A program made the position numbers and the translations under genes. A stretch of 63,788 nt of DNA, counting the filler, from Octopus bimaculoides (lineage: Eukaryota): the NCBI RefSeq assembly GCF_001194135.2. It is 5 parts of 4 records of this genome, joined end to end, with 100 filler letters (N's around TTAATTAATTAA, not from the genome) between each part and the next. Parts side by side here need not be neighbours in the genome. Positions count along the whole stretch, not along the records: positions 31,511 to 53,125 come from NC_068981.1; 4 more parts are not named here. One strand, 5' to 3'. Under the pieces are notes generated by a model, which was given only the letters and a program-made list of their open reading frames with translations, had not been told where the DNA came from and made no database searches. How positions within the stretch are numbered: the first letter of the stretch is position 1; each line of letters starts with the position of its first letter. Shown piece after piece: positions 38,856 to 51,006 of this stretch.

Positions 38856-38934
38856 TGGACAAACACACACACACACGCACATACACACACGCATACACAC
38901 ACACATACACACACGCACACACACACACATATAT

Positions 38935-39095
38935 AGGACGGGCTTCTTTCAGTTTCCGTCTACCAAATCCACTCACAAGACTTTGGTCGGCCCGAAGCTA
39001 TAACAGAAGATACTTGCCCGAGGTGCCATGCAGTAGACCTGAACCCGGAACCATGTGGTTGGTAAGCAAGCTACTTACAACACAGCCACTCCTAC
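38935..39095 (-). mobile_element. tRNA-derived SINE family D
   Basis: Reverse complement of 61335-61495 (GGTAAGTAGCTTGCTTACC..GGTTC.GGGTTCAG head). Confidence 0.8.
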
Positions 39096-39277
39096 TGTAT
39101 ATATTTTTTTACTATTTTTATAAATTGTATATATGTATTGTATTATAAATGCAAAACAACACCACGGAGGCACCGAAGTAAGTTTAAATAATAAACCACG
39201 ATAGGTGAACCGTAGCATGGCGAGTGATTACCGTATTGTCTAATAGTAAGGGTAATAATATATAAAATACGAAAAGT

Positions 39278-39697
39278 CAGCGAGCTGGCAGAAACGTTAG
39301 CACGCCGGGCGAAATGCTTAGCGGTACGCCGTCTGTCTTTATGTTCTGAGTTCAAATCCCGCCGAGGTCGAGTTTGCCTTTCATCCTTTTGGGATCGATA
39401 AATTAAGTACCAGTTACGCACTGAGGTCGATGTAATCAACTTAATCCCTTTGTCTGACCTTGTTTGTCCCCTCTATGTTTAGCCCCTTGTGGGTAATAAA
39501 GAAATAAGAAACGTTAGCACGCCGGGCGAATTGCTTAGCGGTATTCCGTCTGTCTTTATGTTCTGAGTTCAAATTCCGCTGAGATCGACTTTGCCTTTCA
39601 TCCTTTCGGGGTCGATAAATTAAGTACCAGTTGCGTACGGGGTCCATCTAATCAACTGACCCCAAAATTTCGGGCCTTTTGCCTAGAGTAGAAAAGA
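39278..39697 (+). mobile_element. Two tandem SINE family B copies
   Basis: The head GAAACGTTAGCACGCCGGGCGAA is repeated at ~39293 and ~39508. Confidence 0.8.
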
Positions 39698-40319
39698 ATA
39701 TACAAAATATGAAGGTTCAAAGCAGTTCTTCATTGCAAGAATTGTTTTTTTTTTTANNNNNNNNNNNNNNNNNNNNNNNNNNNNNNNCAGTACAATGGCT
39801 ACGTCTATTCTGTAGCATTAATTGCGAATCATTTTAATTCGTCCGTGAATCTTTCACGCTATTTCATCCTTCCCAATCTTGCTCCTTTTCTTCATGAGAT
39901 CTCCGCTTCAAAAAAAAAAAAAAAAAAAGAAAAAAAAGAAAGACTCCCTTCGCCCGGCTTTTTGAAAGTTTTGATCACACGGCTCTTCTACGTCCTTCCG
40001 ACAATGATTTGGAGTATTTAACTCTTGGATTACTTTTGCACTTGGATTACATTACACCTTTGAATTCCCTCGGAATTCGTCGCCTCTGTACTATTGATTG
40101 TAAATCATTTTCATGCCTCTGACTCTTGTACACTATTCCTCCTCCTCCTTCTTCTTCTCCTCTTTAGCTCTCTTTACAAGATATCAACCTTAAAAAAAAA
40201 AACTGCTGCTAAGCTTATTATTTTTGATTTATAACTAATGGTAATATTGAGAATGGTTTTATATGTTACTTAAGAAAGCATCCGAATACACACAAACATG
40301 CACACATACTAGCACTCCA

Positions 40320-40620
40320 ACGGTTACGACGACGAGGGTTCCATTTGATCCGATCAACTGAACAACCTGCTTGTGAAGCGTGTATTTAATGTGCAAGTGG
40401 CTGAGCACTCCACTAGTCCGCGTACCCTTAATGTAGTTCTCGTGGAGATTCAGATCGACACAGAATGTGACGAGGTCGGTCCTTTGACTTACAGGTAATA
40501 CTCATTTTTGCCAGTTGAGTGGACTGGAGCAACGTGAAATGAAATGTCATGCTCAAGGACACAAGACGCCGCTAGTGATCGAACTTATGACCGTGAGCCA
40601 AATAGCCCCTAACCACTAAG
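40320..40620 (+). mobile_element. Interspersed repeat family C (SINE-like)
   Basis: CGGTTACGACGACGAGGGTTCC...GGACTGGAGCAACGTGAAAT; shared with 52575-53125 and partly with 63460-63520. Confidence 0.75.
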
Positions 40621-40869
40621 CCACGTATGTTCACACTCACGCATGCATATACTACTGGATGATCGTTGACACTATTGAGGGTTCCGCCCTTCGACAAGTT
40701 TTTTTTTTTTTTTTTTTTTTCAAGTGTCCAAAAACCAAATTCACCGTGCAAGATTGGTGAGGCTGTTGGTTTAGTTGGCGGACATTGGCCGTCCTGGCAT
40801 ACATGATTGATTTCCAATAATAAGTCTCGGTTATCAGATCTCCGATCTCTCTCTCCCTACACGCACGCA

Positions 40870-41283
40870 CGCACGCACGCGTGTATATATATATATTTAC
40901 ATGTATACATATATGTATATGTATATATACATATATATGCATTTATGTTTGTATGTATGCATGTGTATATGTATGTACATAAGACATATATACATATATA
41001 TTTGTATATATATATGTATATATATATGTGTGTGTGTGTGTGTGTTTATATATATATTTGTATATATATATATATCTGTGTATATATATATGTGTGTGTG
41101 TGTGTGTTTATATATATATTTGTGTATATATATATATATCTGTGTATATATATATGTGTGTGTGTGTTTATATATATATTTGTGTATATATATATATATA
41201 TCTGTGTATATATATATATGTGTGTGTGTTCATATATATATATATATATGTAGGTATGTATGTATATATCTATATGTGTGTGC

Positions 41284-41331
<48 letters not shown>

Positions 41332-41370
41332 ATGTAGGTATGTATCGATGTATGAATGCATGTATATATA
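40870..41370. repeat. (TA)/(TG) compound micro/minisatellite
   Basis: Seen directly. Confidence 0.9.
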
Positions 41371-42109
41371 AAGAGAAGAAATGATAGCAAGATTTATAGA
41401 AGGAAACGGAATCCCAAATGAATTAAGAATCCCAATAAATAAGAACAGTAAAAAAAAGATCATATAAAAAGAACCGGATAAAAACCATTATAAAAACAAA
41501 GGCCGTAGATTATTGGAGAAAAGCTTCTATCACCCGTCTCTTCCATAACAACTTTTTACTCTTCAACTTGATTTAAGGTGGGAAAATAAATGATTGCCCT
41601 AATGAAACATGTGATATCTACGCTCAGTAAGGGTTATTTCGTTGGCTTGTCTCTTTTGCGTCGACAGTCGGAAGGGAAACAGATGATAGACAAACATATA
41701 GATTGTTAGGTGAATAGACAAATACGTGTACTATTAGGGAAATGTACGTTTGTACGTATGTATGTATGTATGTATGAATCTAGATATATACACCCAGAAC
41801 TACGCTAATAACTTAGGAGTGAAATTTAGGATTTCTCGGTTTTCTCTGAATCGATTTTGATACGACTTTTCCCGGCTGGTTTGCACATTATGGCAACATC
41901 GTTGTTATGTTTTCATTATTCTGTGTAACGTCCTTTCTTTTTTTATTTCAGAGTCTTCAATTTTTTGGTGAACCACGCTAATAGCTTTTGAATGAAAATA
42001 GCCCATCTAGACATTTGTTTTTCAGATAATTAAAGGCAATGATATATATCAAGCATACATTGAATATATATTTAACAGAAAACCATAATAATATTATAAC
42101 ATTTGACAT

Positions 42110-43030
42110 AATGAATTATTTAGTCACATGAGTGCCATTTCGACGGATAACTTCAAAACCCCTGTTAGCCATGGAATCTGTCAGTCAATTTCTTAATAGT
42201 AGCAGGTTGGACTACCTCTGCTGCAGCTTGATGGTAAATTGGCGTCCGTCGGCATAAACATCTTGTTTAATGAAGAAACAAAGATTTTCGATAGGGTTGA
42301 GATCCGGAGATGCTAGCGGCCACACCATCAACCTTTCACCTTTGTATACCGTAAGTTCCTAGTAATGTTTGGGCGGTTCTAGCGGAGTGGAAGGGAGCGT
42401 TGTTATACATGAATACAAGATTCCTTAGAAGTGGCAGCGGTATGTCATCTAGCCAGGGATCCAAGACCTCTTTCAGGAGATTGTAGTCGGAGGCTCCAGT
42501 CACTTTAACGCTTTCAGGCACCTTGACTGGGCCAACAAGTCTGTATCCAATGATAACAGCCCACAACATGACACTATCCTGTTGTCGACGCCGTAAACGT
42601 TGGTGACCACAATAGACCCAACCATTTGCGCAACCGTCAGGACCGTCAAGGGTCTCCCTGGTTTTGTCAGTGAACAGAACACAACTCATGTCTAACGTCA
42701 TGTACTTTTGGGATCATTGAAGCCTCAAATTCCCGTGACGGGGCGTTAAAGGAGGCAGTTTCAGGAGTTCTCGCACGGAAGCCGTGGTCCCGAGGATGCC
42801 ATTTTCGGTACACGAGGAAGTCTGGAGGCAGTGAAAATGGCCTTGCTTGTTTTTCCAGGCTTCCCACGTAACTTGCGGCTAATATTTCTTAAATCCCTAG
42901 TTGTCACCAGTCTTGGAGGTCTCACAATCGGATCGTTTCTTCTTTGGCGAAGGAATCGTGTAACTGCATCCATATGACGACTTGACTTCTCCACAATGAT
43001 ATGAAGAAAGGTGCCTTTAGCACTTTCTTT
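42110..43030 (-). mobile_element. Tc1-like (DD34E) transposase remnant
   Basis: VLFTDKTRETLDGPDG, RRQQ..VMLWA, FMYNNAPFH and WPLASPDLNPIENL; frameshifted. Confidence 0.88.
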
Positions 43031-43186
43031 GATGATGACAGACTGGTATACGTATAATATATGGGATACATATAATATGTATACCATTCTACCTACACAA
43101 TGGATTTACAAATACAATATCCCTACATTCACTCTATATTTCCTATCTTAACTAAACTAATTATTGCTTAATCATCCTCTCACACC

Positions 43187-43234
43187 GTCTCTGATGAAGA
43201 GATATAATAAATATCATGGAAACAGCTGTAAGAC
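43187..43234 (+). ncRNA. Minimal type I hammerhead ribozyme motif (stem II base decayed)
   Basis: GUCU-CUGAUGA-AGAGAUAU-AAUAA-AUAUCAUG-GAAA-CAGCUG-UA-AGAC. Stem I is GUCU:AGAC, with palindromic ACAGCUGU and a GUA triplet. Confidence 0.6.
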
Positions 43235-43564
43235 ATTCGATTTATAAATGTTCTATATTATACACGGCCTTGGTTTTTTTTAATGTCATTACAAAATGTA
43301 TATCCTATATTCACACGCTGATATATGACCTACGTTTGACCCCTTATTCGCATAATCACTGAAGCTGAAGCTTAACCATGGTCTATTCTTAGCACTTACT
43401 CAGCATTACCTGAAACCTCTGGGTCTAATTGACACCACTATCGCTCATAACGTGAGCGCGAGCGCACATGCAAATATTTAGATGAGTAATTACACTTATA
43501 GACTGTAGCTTGTATGGGTGTGTATCTAAATATTACAAGCATACTACAAGTGTGTGTGTGTGAG

Positions 43565-43630
<66 letters not shown>

Positions 43631-44887
43631 AAGAGGGAGAGGAGGAGAAAGTGACAGAAAGATATTATGAGTGAGAGGGAGTGAATTAGAGGGAGGAGAA
43701 GAAGAAACGAAACTTTGAGAGAAGACAGAATTATATGTTCTTACAGAAGAAATTACCCGGCACCAGTATAATGATGAGGTGAAGTGGAATATCTTCTTTA
43801 ACCTTCTAATGTTTCCATAGCTGGTTTTTGGCAACAGTTTGGTTCGTATTCTTTATTGTCTTTAGATAACATAATGCGCCTTGGCTGATTGCTTTATTTC
43901 TGGCCTGAATGCTAATCTTGTTGTTGTTGTGGTTACCGCTATTGTTGTTGTTGTTGTTGTTGTTGTTGTTTTCCAAATCGATTAGGCCCAGAATCAAGGA
44001 CGTTTGAGCCATGAACATGTTTTTTTTTTAAGGTATAGTATATATATCTAAGACTTAAAGAAAGTATGATTTGTGGGCGGATTTGACTGTTATTTTTGTC
44101 AAGTCGATCAATCATTTTAAAGTCTCCCCACATCAGTTGTATTTACTAATTCGTTGATTTTATTTGCATGCATGCGTTTTTCTGAGATTATTTAAGTTCT
44201 TAACAAAATCTTGTCACTTACAAAGTGACAAGATTNNNNNNNNNNNNNNNNNNNNNNNNNNNNNNNNNNNNNNNNNNNNNNNNNNNNNNNNNNNNNNNNN
44301 NNNNNNNNNNNNNNNNNNNNNNNNNNNNNNNNNNNNNNNNNNNNNNNNNNNNNNNNNNNNNNNNNNNNNNNNNNNNNNNNNNNNNNNNNNNNNNNNNNNN
44401 NNNNNNNNNNNNNNNNNNNNNNNNNNNNNNNNNNNNNNNNNNNNNNNNNNNNNNNNNNNNNNNNNNNNNNNNNNNNNNNNNNNNNNNNNNNNNNNNNNNN
44501 NNNNNNNNNNNNNNNNNNNNNNNNNNNNNNNNNNNNNNNNNNNNNNNNNNNNNNNNNNNNNNNNNNNNNNNNNNNNNNNNNNNNNNNNNNNNNNNNNNNN
44601 NNNNNNNNNNNNNNNNNNNNNNNNNNNNNNNNNNNNNNNNNNNNNNNNNNNNNNNNNNNNNNNNNNNNNNNNNNNNNNNNNNNNNNNNNNNNNNNNNNNN
44701 NNNNNNNNNNNNNNNNNNNNNNNNNNNNNNNNNNNNNNNNNNNNNNNNNNNNNNNNNNNNNNNNNNNNNNNNNNNNNNNNNNNATACACACATACATACA
44801 CACATACATACACACACACATACACACACATACATACATACACATACATACATACACACACACACATACATACACATACATACATAC

Positions 44888-44960
<73 letters not shown>

Positions 44961-46764
44961 TACATACATACATACATACATACATACATACATACATACG
45001 TGTGTGTGTGTGTGCACACCTGCACTTATGTTCTATGTGGACATGACGATTTAGTACTCAGGTGTTTGTCTGTGTATCATTATCTTTTGCATATGTTTGT
45101 TTCATGCGGTCAGACGATTAACAAAGAGCAGAATTCGGGTCAGTTGAAATATGTGTGTGACATATTTCAACTGCTAAAGGGCGAATACACTGCTCATCCC
45201 TAAACACTGCTTAGCGCTAACACTTCGTGATTAACTCATTAGTGACCATGGTCCTTTATTTAGGACCAGAAGGATAATCCATCATATTTCTGCAACTCCT
45301 CTATTTTTCTGAGATATCTTTAGTTAGTCATCAAGACTGGAGTGTCTTTCAAATATTACACCTACTGTCTATTGGTAACACTAATGTTTCAGTTATCAGT
45401 ACAGTGTGAAAATCTTGACGGAAAGGTTACACTCAGTTTCATCTATTGTTCAATCAACCGTTTTTTGGTAAGAAGTACTTATATCCAACACATATTTGTA
45501 TATAGTATGAATAATTGTTCTAACTGTTCTATAAATCAAGAAAATCTTTGAAAGCAACTTTGCTCAAATATTGCTTGTAAAAAAGATTTTTGGTAACACA
45601 TTTAAGAAAACAATTATGGGCACTAATGGGTTAACAAAGGGTTTTACTGAGATATTTTCAGGCTTTTGAGAGATAGACAGAGCAAACAGAACATGTTGTG
45701 ACATGGAAAAATGAAACCTAGATACAGTATTATGATAGAGCACCAGCTCACTCGTTACTCTTTGTCTGTGATGTTTTTGATAAAATACAATCGATTCTCA
45801 TTCGCCAAACGCTTTACTCTCATTTTTCATTCACACACTTTTTTTCTCAAATTTGAAATCCAGCTTGAATTCACTAATAACAGATGATAGAAGAGCCCCA
45901 CATCTACAAAGAAAATTTACTATGAGAATTTCCCACAACTCTTATGTGTATATATATATATACACATATAATGATATGTATAAAATTAAATTTTCTTATC
46001 AAGTATGTTTTTAAGTATACTTCACAATATATGGGCCGTATTAAGAAGTACTCATTGCAAGCTAAGTCTAAGGATAAGAGAAATTATAGAAGGGAAACAT
46101 CTAAGCAATCAATACAAATTCCAAAGCATAATTTAAAACACACCACGAAATAAATACACATATAAATTTATATAAAGAAATGAATAAAATTACATGTAAA
46201 TGTTATGTGATAACTATGCATTATATACGTTGGGTTCATATACCGAATGGAGACAAATCTAGAGATAAAAATCGAAGGTAAGGGCTTCCTAAAGGAAATG
46301 TTCCAATCGATTAAGAATTTGATGTTTATATGAATTATCGTATAAGAGTTCAAAACTTAAAAATTCAAAGGTGAATATATTTGGTAAATATTATTACATA
46401 AGATAAATATACAAACTCGGGGTTAAAGGATATCATCTACGGTAGTTTCAGGGGTACATTAATTGTATAAACAGTGTTTTAAGTATTCCATCTACAAAAA
46501 CATAATCCCCCCCCCCCGCCTCATCAGAATGGTTTATACCTGTAATTATTGGTGCACCGGGATATGTAACATGCTGCCTAAATACCAATCTTGAGAAAGG
46601 AGAAAGCTGATTCGAAGACAACAGATCCAAGCCATCACTGAAACTGTAAAAATCCGTAAAACTTTCCAGAAGTTTATCATTTAAGTATATATGCGAATGC
46701 CTTGATTTGCCACTATATGCATGACAATACACACAGACAATTATGTAAAGCAAGTGAAGAACAA

Positions 46765-46821
46765 GTTGAGCAATCTACTGAGTTATCATCAAAACTTGCT
46801 GATAACTCAATGGAATACTCA
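46765..46821 (-). ncRNA. Candidate pre-miRNA, miR-12-family seed
   Basis: 57-nt core of a 28-bp-stem hairpin. The 22-nt 5' arm is UGAGUAUUCCAUUGAGUUAUCA, followed by an 11-nt loop. Confidence 0.5.
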
Positions 46822-47150
46822 ATTGTTTGACTGTTATTATTACAGTTCTACTCTTCGCTGATACTTTGGAATACTATGGCAGTTGTGGATTACCAAACAA
46901 CAGAATGTATTTCATCGATACCTTCCGTACTCGGTTAATAGATTACTTCACTGTCTGTTCTGTGTAATTCTATTTAGCCAATTAGTGGCGTGTTTCACAT
47001 AGATATGCCTGGATTCGTTATGGAAGCATTATAATCGGGAATGTTTGTGTGTGTTTGCAGTTGACGTTAGGATGTTTGCAGGTGTGAATATTCTTGATAG
47101 GCCAGTCGAGTGTTTCAAATGTTGGAACCAAAATATGTATGTATGTATGC

Positions 47151-47182
<32 letters not shown>

Positions 47183-47186
<4 letters not shown>

Positions 47187-47885
47187 TAAAACAGTAGGGT
47201 AAAAAAATTGGATATTAATTAATATCAATTTAATACCAGGGAACAAGCACGTTGAAAGAATCAAAGAGATTCTGAAAAAATATCTGAGATCTCAAAGGAT
47301 TATTGTATATGTATATATAAAGGAGACCACTAGGTGGACTGTTAATGTGCTAGAAGAAGATTACATATAATGCGTCTACTAAGACCGAATTGTTCTCAAA
47401 GAAAAATTTAGCGAAGCAACAAAACGTATACGGGCAAGACAAGTGAAAATTACATAAATACATATAACGTTATCCACAAACCGGTTTCGAATATTAATAT
47501 TTCCTTACCGAAAATATCTGTTTCTCATCAGTATGGACTGCCAAATAAATATAATTCCCAGAATCGTATACTAGTTGTTCCCCACGAATGAAGAACGTGC
47601 ACACGGTTCTGTTAATTATATTTATGGTAAGATTCAAAAGTCTTCGTTTTGGCGCGCTAAATCCGGAAATATCTCTGCAGAAAATGGTTTCCGCATCGAA
47701 TATACCAACTTTGAGAACGTGGTTATGGTTAATTAAATTAAAACAGTAGGGTAAAAAATTGAATATTAATTAATATCAATTTAATACCAGGGAACAAGCA
47801 CATTGAAAGAATCAAGGAGATTCAGAAAAAATATCTGAGATCTCAAAGGATTATTGTATATGTATATATAAAGGAGACCACTAAT
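47183..47885 (-). mobile_element. ~552-bp tandem unit (retrozyme/PLE pseudo-LTR-like)
   Basis: 47183-47333 recurs almost identically at 47735-47883 before a gap; the unit contains a hammerhead. Confidence 0.7.
47472..47538 (-). ncRNA. Minimal type I hammerhead ribozyme
   Basis: GUCCAUA-CUGAUGA-G...C-GAAA-CCGG-UU-UGUGGAU. Stem I has 7 bp (2 G-U), G10.1-C11.1 is intact, with palindromic ACCGGU and a GUU triplet. Confidence 0.75.
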
Positions 47886-48232
47886 NNNNNNNNNNNNNNN
47901 NNNNNNNNNNNNNNNNNNNNNNNNNNNNNNNNNNNNNNNNNNNNNNNNNNNNNNNNNNNNNNNNNNNNNNNNNNNNNNNNNNNNNNNNNNNNNNNNNNNN
48001 NNNNNNNNNNNNNNNNNNNNNNNNNNNNNNNNNNNNNNNNNNNNNNNNNNNNNNNNNNNNNNNNNNNNNNNNNNNNNNNNNNNNNNNNNNNNNNNNNNNN
48101 NNNNNNNNNNNNNNNNNNNNNNNNNNNNNNNNNNNNNNNNNNNNNNNNNNNNNNNNNNNNNNNNNNNNNNNNNNNNNNNNNNNNNNNNNNNNNNNNNNNN
48201 NNNNNNNNNNNNNNNNNNNNNNNNNNNNNNNN

Positions 48233-50340
48233 GATGATGATGACGACGATGATGATGACGGTGATGACGGTGATAACGATGATGACAAGGATGACGGTGA
48301 TGATGATGATGATGAAAAACTATTGTGACAAGTGGTGATAGTGGTGGTGGTGGTGGTGGATTGTTATGATGCTAATGGTAGGAGTAATGGTGGTTGCGGT
48401 AAGAGTATTGATAATGGTGGCGACCATCTCGTTGGTGATGATGATAATAGTGATGTTAGTAATGGCGAATGGTTGGCGGTGGTAATGGTGGTGGTGGTGG
48501 TAGCAGTGGTGTCGGTTGTGATGTAGCGGCTGTGGTAATAGTGATGGAGGCTGTGGTAGTAGTGTTGCTGGTGGTAGTGTTGGAGGCGGTGGTAATGGTG
48601 GTGGTAATAGAATGGCAATGCCGGTGCTGGTAGTAGTAGTTGCGGTGATAGTGGTTGTAGTGATGGTAATGGTACCGAGGGTATATTGGAGGTGGTGGTG
48701 ATGGTAGTAATAGTAGTGATGGTATTTATAGCATCGATGATAGTGGTATCTGTGGTGAATGCGGTGGTTGTGGTGATGGCGGTGGCGATGAAACTGGCGG
48801 TGGTGTGACGTTGCTAACAACAATTGATGCTAATTACCAATAGATGGCGGTGGTGTGGTGGTGGTGATGTTGTTGTTGTTGTTGTTATTGGTAGTGTTGG
48901 TTTTGGCGGTGGTTGCGGTGGCGTTGGTGTTGGTGGTGATAGCGGTGGTTGTCGTGGTGGTTGTGGTGAGTGTGATGGTGGTATCGGTGGTGGTTGTAGT
49001 AGTGGTGATGGTTCTAGTAGTGGTGGTGGTAGTNNNNNNNNNNNNNNNNNNNNNNNNNNNNNNNNNNNNNNNNNNNNNNNNNNNNNNNNNNNNNNNNNNN
49101 NNNNNNNNNNNNNNNNNNNNNNNNNNNNNNNNNNNNNNNNNNNNNNNNNNNNNNNNNNNNNNNNNNNNNNNNNNNNNNNNNNNNNNNNNNNNNNNNNNNN
49201 NNNNNNNNNNNNNNNNNNNNNNNNNNNNNNNNNNNNNNNNNNNNNNNNNNNNNNNNNNNNNNNNNNNNNNNNNNNNNNNNNNNNNNNNNNNNNNNNNNNN
49301 NNNNNNNNNNNNNNNNNNNNNNNNNNNNNNNNNNNNNNNNNNNNNNNNNNNNNNNNNNNNNNNNNNNNNNNNNNNNNNNNNNNNNNNNNNNNNNNNNNNN
49401 NNNNNNNNNNNNNNNNNNNNNNNNNNNNNNNNNNNNNNNNNNNNNNNNNNNNNNNNNNNNNNNNNNNNNNNNNNNNNNNNNNNNNNNNNNNNNNNNNNNN
49501 NNNNNNNNNNNNNNNNNNNNNNNNNNNNNNNNNNNNNNNNNNNNNNNNNNNNNNNNNNNNNNNNNNNNNNNNNNNNNNNNNNNNNNNNNNNNNNNNNNNN
49601 NNNNNNNNNNNNNNNNNNNNNNNNNNNNNNNNNNNNNNNNNNNNNNNNNNNNNNNNNNNNNNNNNNNNNNNNNNNNNNNNNNNNNNNNNNNNNNNNNNNN
49701 NNNNNNNNNNNNNNNNNNNNNNNNNNNNNNNNNNNNNNNNNNNNNNNNNNNNNNNNNNNNNNNNNNNNNNNNNNNNNNNNNNNNNNNNNNNNNNNNNNNN
49801 NNNNNNNNNNNNNNNNNNNNNNNNNNNNNNNNNNNNNNNNNNNNNNNNNNNNNNNNNNNNNNNNNNNNNNNNNNNNNNNNNNNNNNNNNNNNNNNNNNNN
49901 NNNNNNNNNNNNNNNNNNNNNNNNNNNNNNNNNNNNNNNNNNNNNNNNNNNNNNNNNNNNNNNNNNNNNNNNNNNNNNNNNNNNNNNNNNNNNNNNNNNN
50001 NNNNNNNNNNNNNNNNNNNNNNNNNNNNATGAAGAAGAAGAAAAAAGAACAGCAACAGCAACAACAAAAACAGTGGTTTTGATGGCAAAGCATTTCAGAA
50101 TTTATTTGAATCTTACCATAAAACACCGAAAGTGCGGATATAAAACTCTGTTCGGCAACCCCCACAAAACAAGCCAACAAGCAAGCTAAGACGCAAACAG
50201 AAACACCACCCACGCCACCACTAACACCGTTATTACCACTGGCACCGCCAGCACCCCCGCCGCCGCCCCTACCACCACCACCACCAACAACAACAACACG
50301 ATCACGACGACCACCACTAACAATAACACAAACAAAAACT
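48233..50340. repeat. (GGT/GAT)-rich low-complexity region with gaps
   Basis: Seen directly. Confidence 0.9.
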
Positions 50341-50643
50341 ATTGACTGAGTGGAAATAAAATAGCTTATTTTATTTAGAAACATTACTGACCATTTTCTT
50401 CGTACAAGAAGTACCAACTGACTATTAGAGTAGCAATCGCTACGCACAATGGATATTCTTTCATTTCTTTGATTTTTATTGCTATTGTTGTCGTTGTTGT
50501 TGTCGTTGTTATAATGCTAATAATAATAATAATTATTATTATTGTTATTATTATTATTATTATTCCTTGTTTTTTCATGTCTTTCTCCTCTGCGGCAATA
50601 AAAGAATCCATCACACATGTATGCATTAGGAATGCCTACATAT

Positions 50644-50678
<35 letters not shown>

Positions 50679-50966
50679 GTTTGTCAGCCTGTCTGTCTGT
50701 CTAACTTAGTGACTGTCTCTGTCTGTCTGCCTGTCTGTATCTGTTTATTTATCTCCTCACCTTAACCCCCCCCCCCCAGCAAAAAAAAAACTAAAACAAA
50801 ACAAACAAACGTACACACACTCACAAATGTACATATATTGTGCACGCGTGCATGTGTGAGTATGTGTGTATGTACCCGTGTCAGTGCATGTGTGAGTATG
50901 TGTGTATGTACCCGTGTCAGTGCATGTGTGAGCAGTATGCGTGTTTGTATGTGTGTGTGTGTGTGC

Positions 50967-51006
<40 letters not shown>

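Noticed and set aside
46005-46055. Second miR-12-like start (UGAGUACUU, minus strand) with a partial hairpin
   Set aside because: Seed mismatch, only ~15 bp of stem and no basal stem.
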